A DNA stretch of 50,674 nucleotides, the filler included, from Catajapyx aquilonaris (lineage: Eukaryota), in NCBI GenBank assembly GCA_000934665.2. It is 2 parts of 2 records of this genome, joined end to end, with 100 filler letters (N's around TTAATTAATTAA, not from the genome) between each part and the next. Parts side by side here need not be neighbours in the genome. Positions count along the whole stretch, not along the records: positions 25,388 to 50,674 come from KZ539345.1; 1 more part is not named here. One strand, given 5' to 3'. The position numbers and the translations under genes were made by a program. The notes under the pieces were generated by a model that was not told where the DNA came from, did not search any database, and was given only the letters and a program-made list of their open reading frames with translations. Positions 47,597 through 50,674 of the stretch are shown in pieces (position 1 is the stretch's first letter; the number at the start of each line of letters is the position of its first letter).

Positions 47597-50500
47597 CGCC
47601 CCAGCACTGGACCAATCAGATTAAGCCCACGACCCGTTTACACCGCGTCCCGCTCCAGAACATAAATGCAGTGGGTCTCACCATACAGTACAATATTTGC
47701 CAAAAGAAAACAAACCAAATTGCAAAAAAAAAAGAGAGCATTGGAAAGAGTGCAGCAGAATGCATTCCGCCAATCAGCAGTTGTATTGTTTGCAGGCAGG
47801 TTTTAGTGGGCATCAAAGTTTTAGTGGGGGGTTTGCCTTTTAAAATGCGGATTTACTGGCGTGTGAGGGCATAAGTTGGGAATCAGTCGGCTTTTGTGCA
47901 CAATTATTTCGCGGAAAAAGTTTTGAAATCAAAGAATGAGCCCTACAATAACGACCATTACTGTTGTCGCGAAAAACTACTGGAGATACGCAAATTGGTT
48001 GGACTCCTTGGTGGCTTAATTGGACATGTTGCATAGACTCAAATTAACTGATTATATCGGATTATGTACTGTACGTCTCTATAGTACAAATCAATACGCA
48101 AAATTCTTTACCAATTTATTTTTAATTAACTGAGTGCCTGCATCTGTTGAATTCACGAGGGTAAATTTGCCTGACAAGTGCGTAGCATAACGTACAAACA
48201 GAAAATTTTTCGCACTCAGCTAATAGGTGATGCAGAATTTGGTTCGATAAATTTCATAACCAGCTGGTTCGTGCATATTGATTTCAGAATTATAATATTG
48301 AAAATAACACGAGAAAACATGTTATTTTCATTCAAGCAGTCATTTTGCAAATTAGAAAAATAATCTGCCTCTGTAACAAGTGTAACAGTGCAATATGATA
48401 CTGTACTGTAGATTATGTAAATTAATAAAATTAGTGCATTTCCAGTTGCAAAGAACTTTATATAATTCCTAAAAAACTGGAATGTAATTATCAAACATGA
48501 TGCCACAATCCATGATTCTGGTATAAATTCTTGTAGTCTGGATATATTTGCGGATTTCGCATTAAGTAAAGCGCACAATGTAGTATGTCGACCGTGCGAA
48601 AATACGTATAGTTAATGGATTTTGTAACATATGCATAGCTGCGTGTTTTCGCAAAAAATACCTTCTGTTTCCAGCAAACTGGTGCATATTAGAGTGCAAA
48701 ATTTGCAACCATTTAGTAATCGGGTATGCCCGTCACATATTTTTGTAAATAGAAAACGTGAGAATTTTTCGCTCTGCAAAATATTCCATTGCCACATGTG
48801 ATCTCATTTAATAATTAATTTTTGTACTATATAGTATAGTATTTTGCCTACAGTTTCCGCAACATGTAAATAAGAGTGCTAAAATTCGCAAGCAATCAGT
48901 AGGTGAGTGCATGCGTTAAAGTGAGTTTCGCAAGCTGTGAATATTTACGAAATTATGCGAGTAGGTCTACTTTGTAATTAATGCCAATTAAAAGCAAAAT
49001 TGTAAACCAGAATCTGGAGTCACAAACAGGTGTTTCTGTTCACGGCCTTTGATTTAGGCCGTCTGTAAATGTTACATTCTGTTTCGCGAATCTGTCTGCG
49101 AGGTTGCAAAAAAAATATTATTTTGTACCCGTCATATAAGAGAGGTGTCAAAGACACTATAGGACCGTAAAATTTGATCCGGGCGCAGATACCGTATAAT
49201 ACTGAGGAGTCGAAGACACAAAGTACAACTAACAATGAACAGTGTACAGGGTATTGTACGCCTTGAATACCTATCTGCTTCCAACGCATTGTGTCGTGCC
49301 GCCTTCGCCAACCGCGCGCTCATAAAACATGTGAACAGCGCGAAAATGCTCAATAATGCCCGCAACCCTCTGCATAAAACATAGCTCGCATAAATTCAGC
49401 ATAAGCCTCAGCTCACTCCCCAAAAAATTGGTGTATCTATAGTTTGACCCACTACATTATTTTCTCTTTTTAAAAAAAAAACAGACATGGAGCAGGACAC
49501 GGTGCGTACCTCGTGTTGACCCCTCCATTTTTTTGTCGCGAATAAAAAAATTCGCGAAAACTGCAAAAAAAGTGCGTAAACTCACTGGCACTTCACACGC
49601 ACTGCACGCACGGAGTTTTCGCACTAAGCTTTTAGGTAGCCTGGACGGGGACACACTTTCTGGGCCTCTTACTCCATACGTATGGGCCTTTCATCTACAA
49701 GGTGGGGGGGCACATGGCGAGGGGGGGGGGGNCCCCTTCCTCAACTCCCCCTCCCCATTTCCTTGCCCCCCCTTCCGAAATGCCAATCGAACTCATCGAT
49801 CTGTCTTTTCCTCACACACGCACTTTTCACCTCGCATACGCCGCACGGTTAAGTGTCCGGAAGTTTCCGGAGCAATTTTCCGGGAGGTGCGACGTCATTG
49901 CGGCTTAATCCCTCCCCCTCATGGTTCCTAATTAATAAGACACAGAAAAAAAAACGGAGCCAATTAAGGAGCTTAATGCAGGCAGTTATCAAGGACGTTA
50001 CACGCAGGGAAAGGTGGCAACAACGCCTTTGTGTCAGTTGGCAACCGTGTAAACGCGAAGTCCGCGCATGCGTATTCCTACTGGTAGATCCAGATGTGCA
50101 GCGCAAAGAGCCAGCACATATTCACCCAACATTTAAACCTGATGTTGTGCTTGATGCTCTGTTTCACTTCTGTACATGTCCTTCGTAATTACTTCAGCTT
50201 TTGTATTTTAGAAGAGTCTGACAGTAATTAGAAGTTAGCCCAGTAACGTCAAAAAGTGCAAAGTTTCGCCGGGAAATGCGGCGCAATTTCCTTGCAGTAC
50301 AGTACATCTTCTGTGGGACAAGCCTCCAACTTTTTATTTTTCTATAATAAGGACACTATTTAGGCTGCATAATTCACAACTTTACTGCAAAATATTTGTT
50401 GTAGAAGCCGACCAGGGTAAAGAAATATCTAAAGAAAAATTATTTAGTTAGTTATTTATTTACTTATTTATTTGTTTGTTTCACACACTGCCACTCGAAT

Positions 50501-50674
50501 TTAATCATTAATGTTCAAGTAATGTAATATTGTATATAACTTATTCTTTATTTAATAAAGCATTATTCAATACATTTATCTAATACATATTTCAAGACCT
50601 ATATCTGTCTGTCTCTCTTTTGTGACCTAAACAGATCCATACGGAGGCCTCCACATATGCCCCAGGGGTATCAC

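Overview
This is eukaryotic (animal, probably arthropod) genomic DNA. The left ~27 kb is gene-dense with short GT-AG introns; the right ~19 kb holds a large gene. Left to right: a tandem cluster of three GPI-anchored 3-Ig-domain genes (copy 1 is 5'-disrupted) with a secreted Cys-rich gene between copies 2 and 3 on the minus strand; a small multi-pass membrane gene whose stop codon overlaps the ATG of an intronless Ly6/quiver-like gene; USE1 (-) head-to-head with a GOLM1/GOLM2(CASC4)-like gene (+); NAA35/Mak10; two truncated Nup98-derived genes; an assembly gap with an artificial linker; a FAM227-like gene; and a KCNQ1-like potassium channel (-). One Nup98-derived gene has two GLEBS motifs. The other is an in-frame chimera of the Nup98 FG/GLEBS region and a duplicated GOLM coiled coil, and is the most striking feature. 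Several MITEs (hAT-, Harbinger- and pogo-like), a Helitron-like insertion and long 3'UTR hairpins are also present. Exon models were assembled by hand from splice signals and reading phase. Family assignments are from remembered motifs, not database searches.
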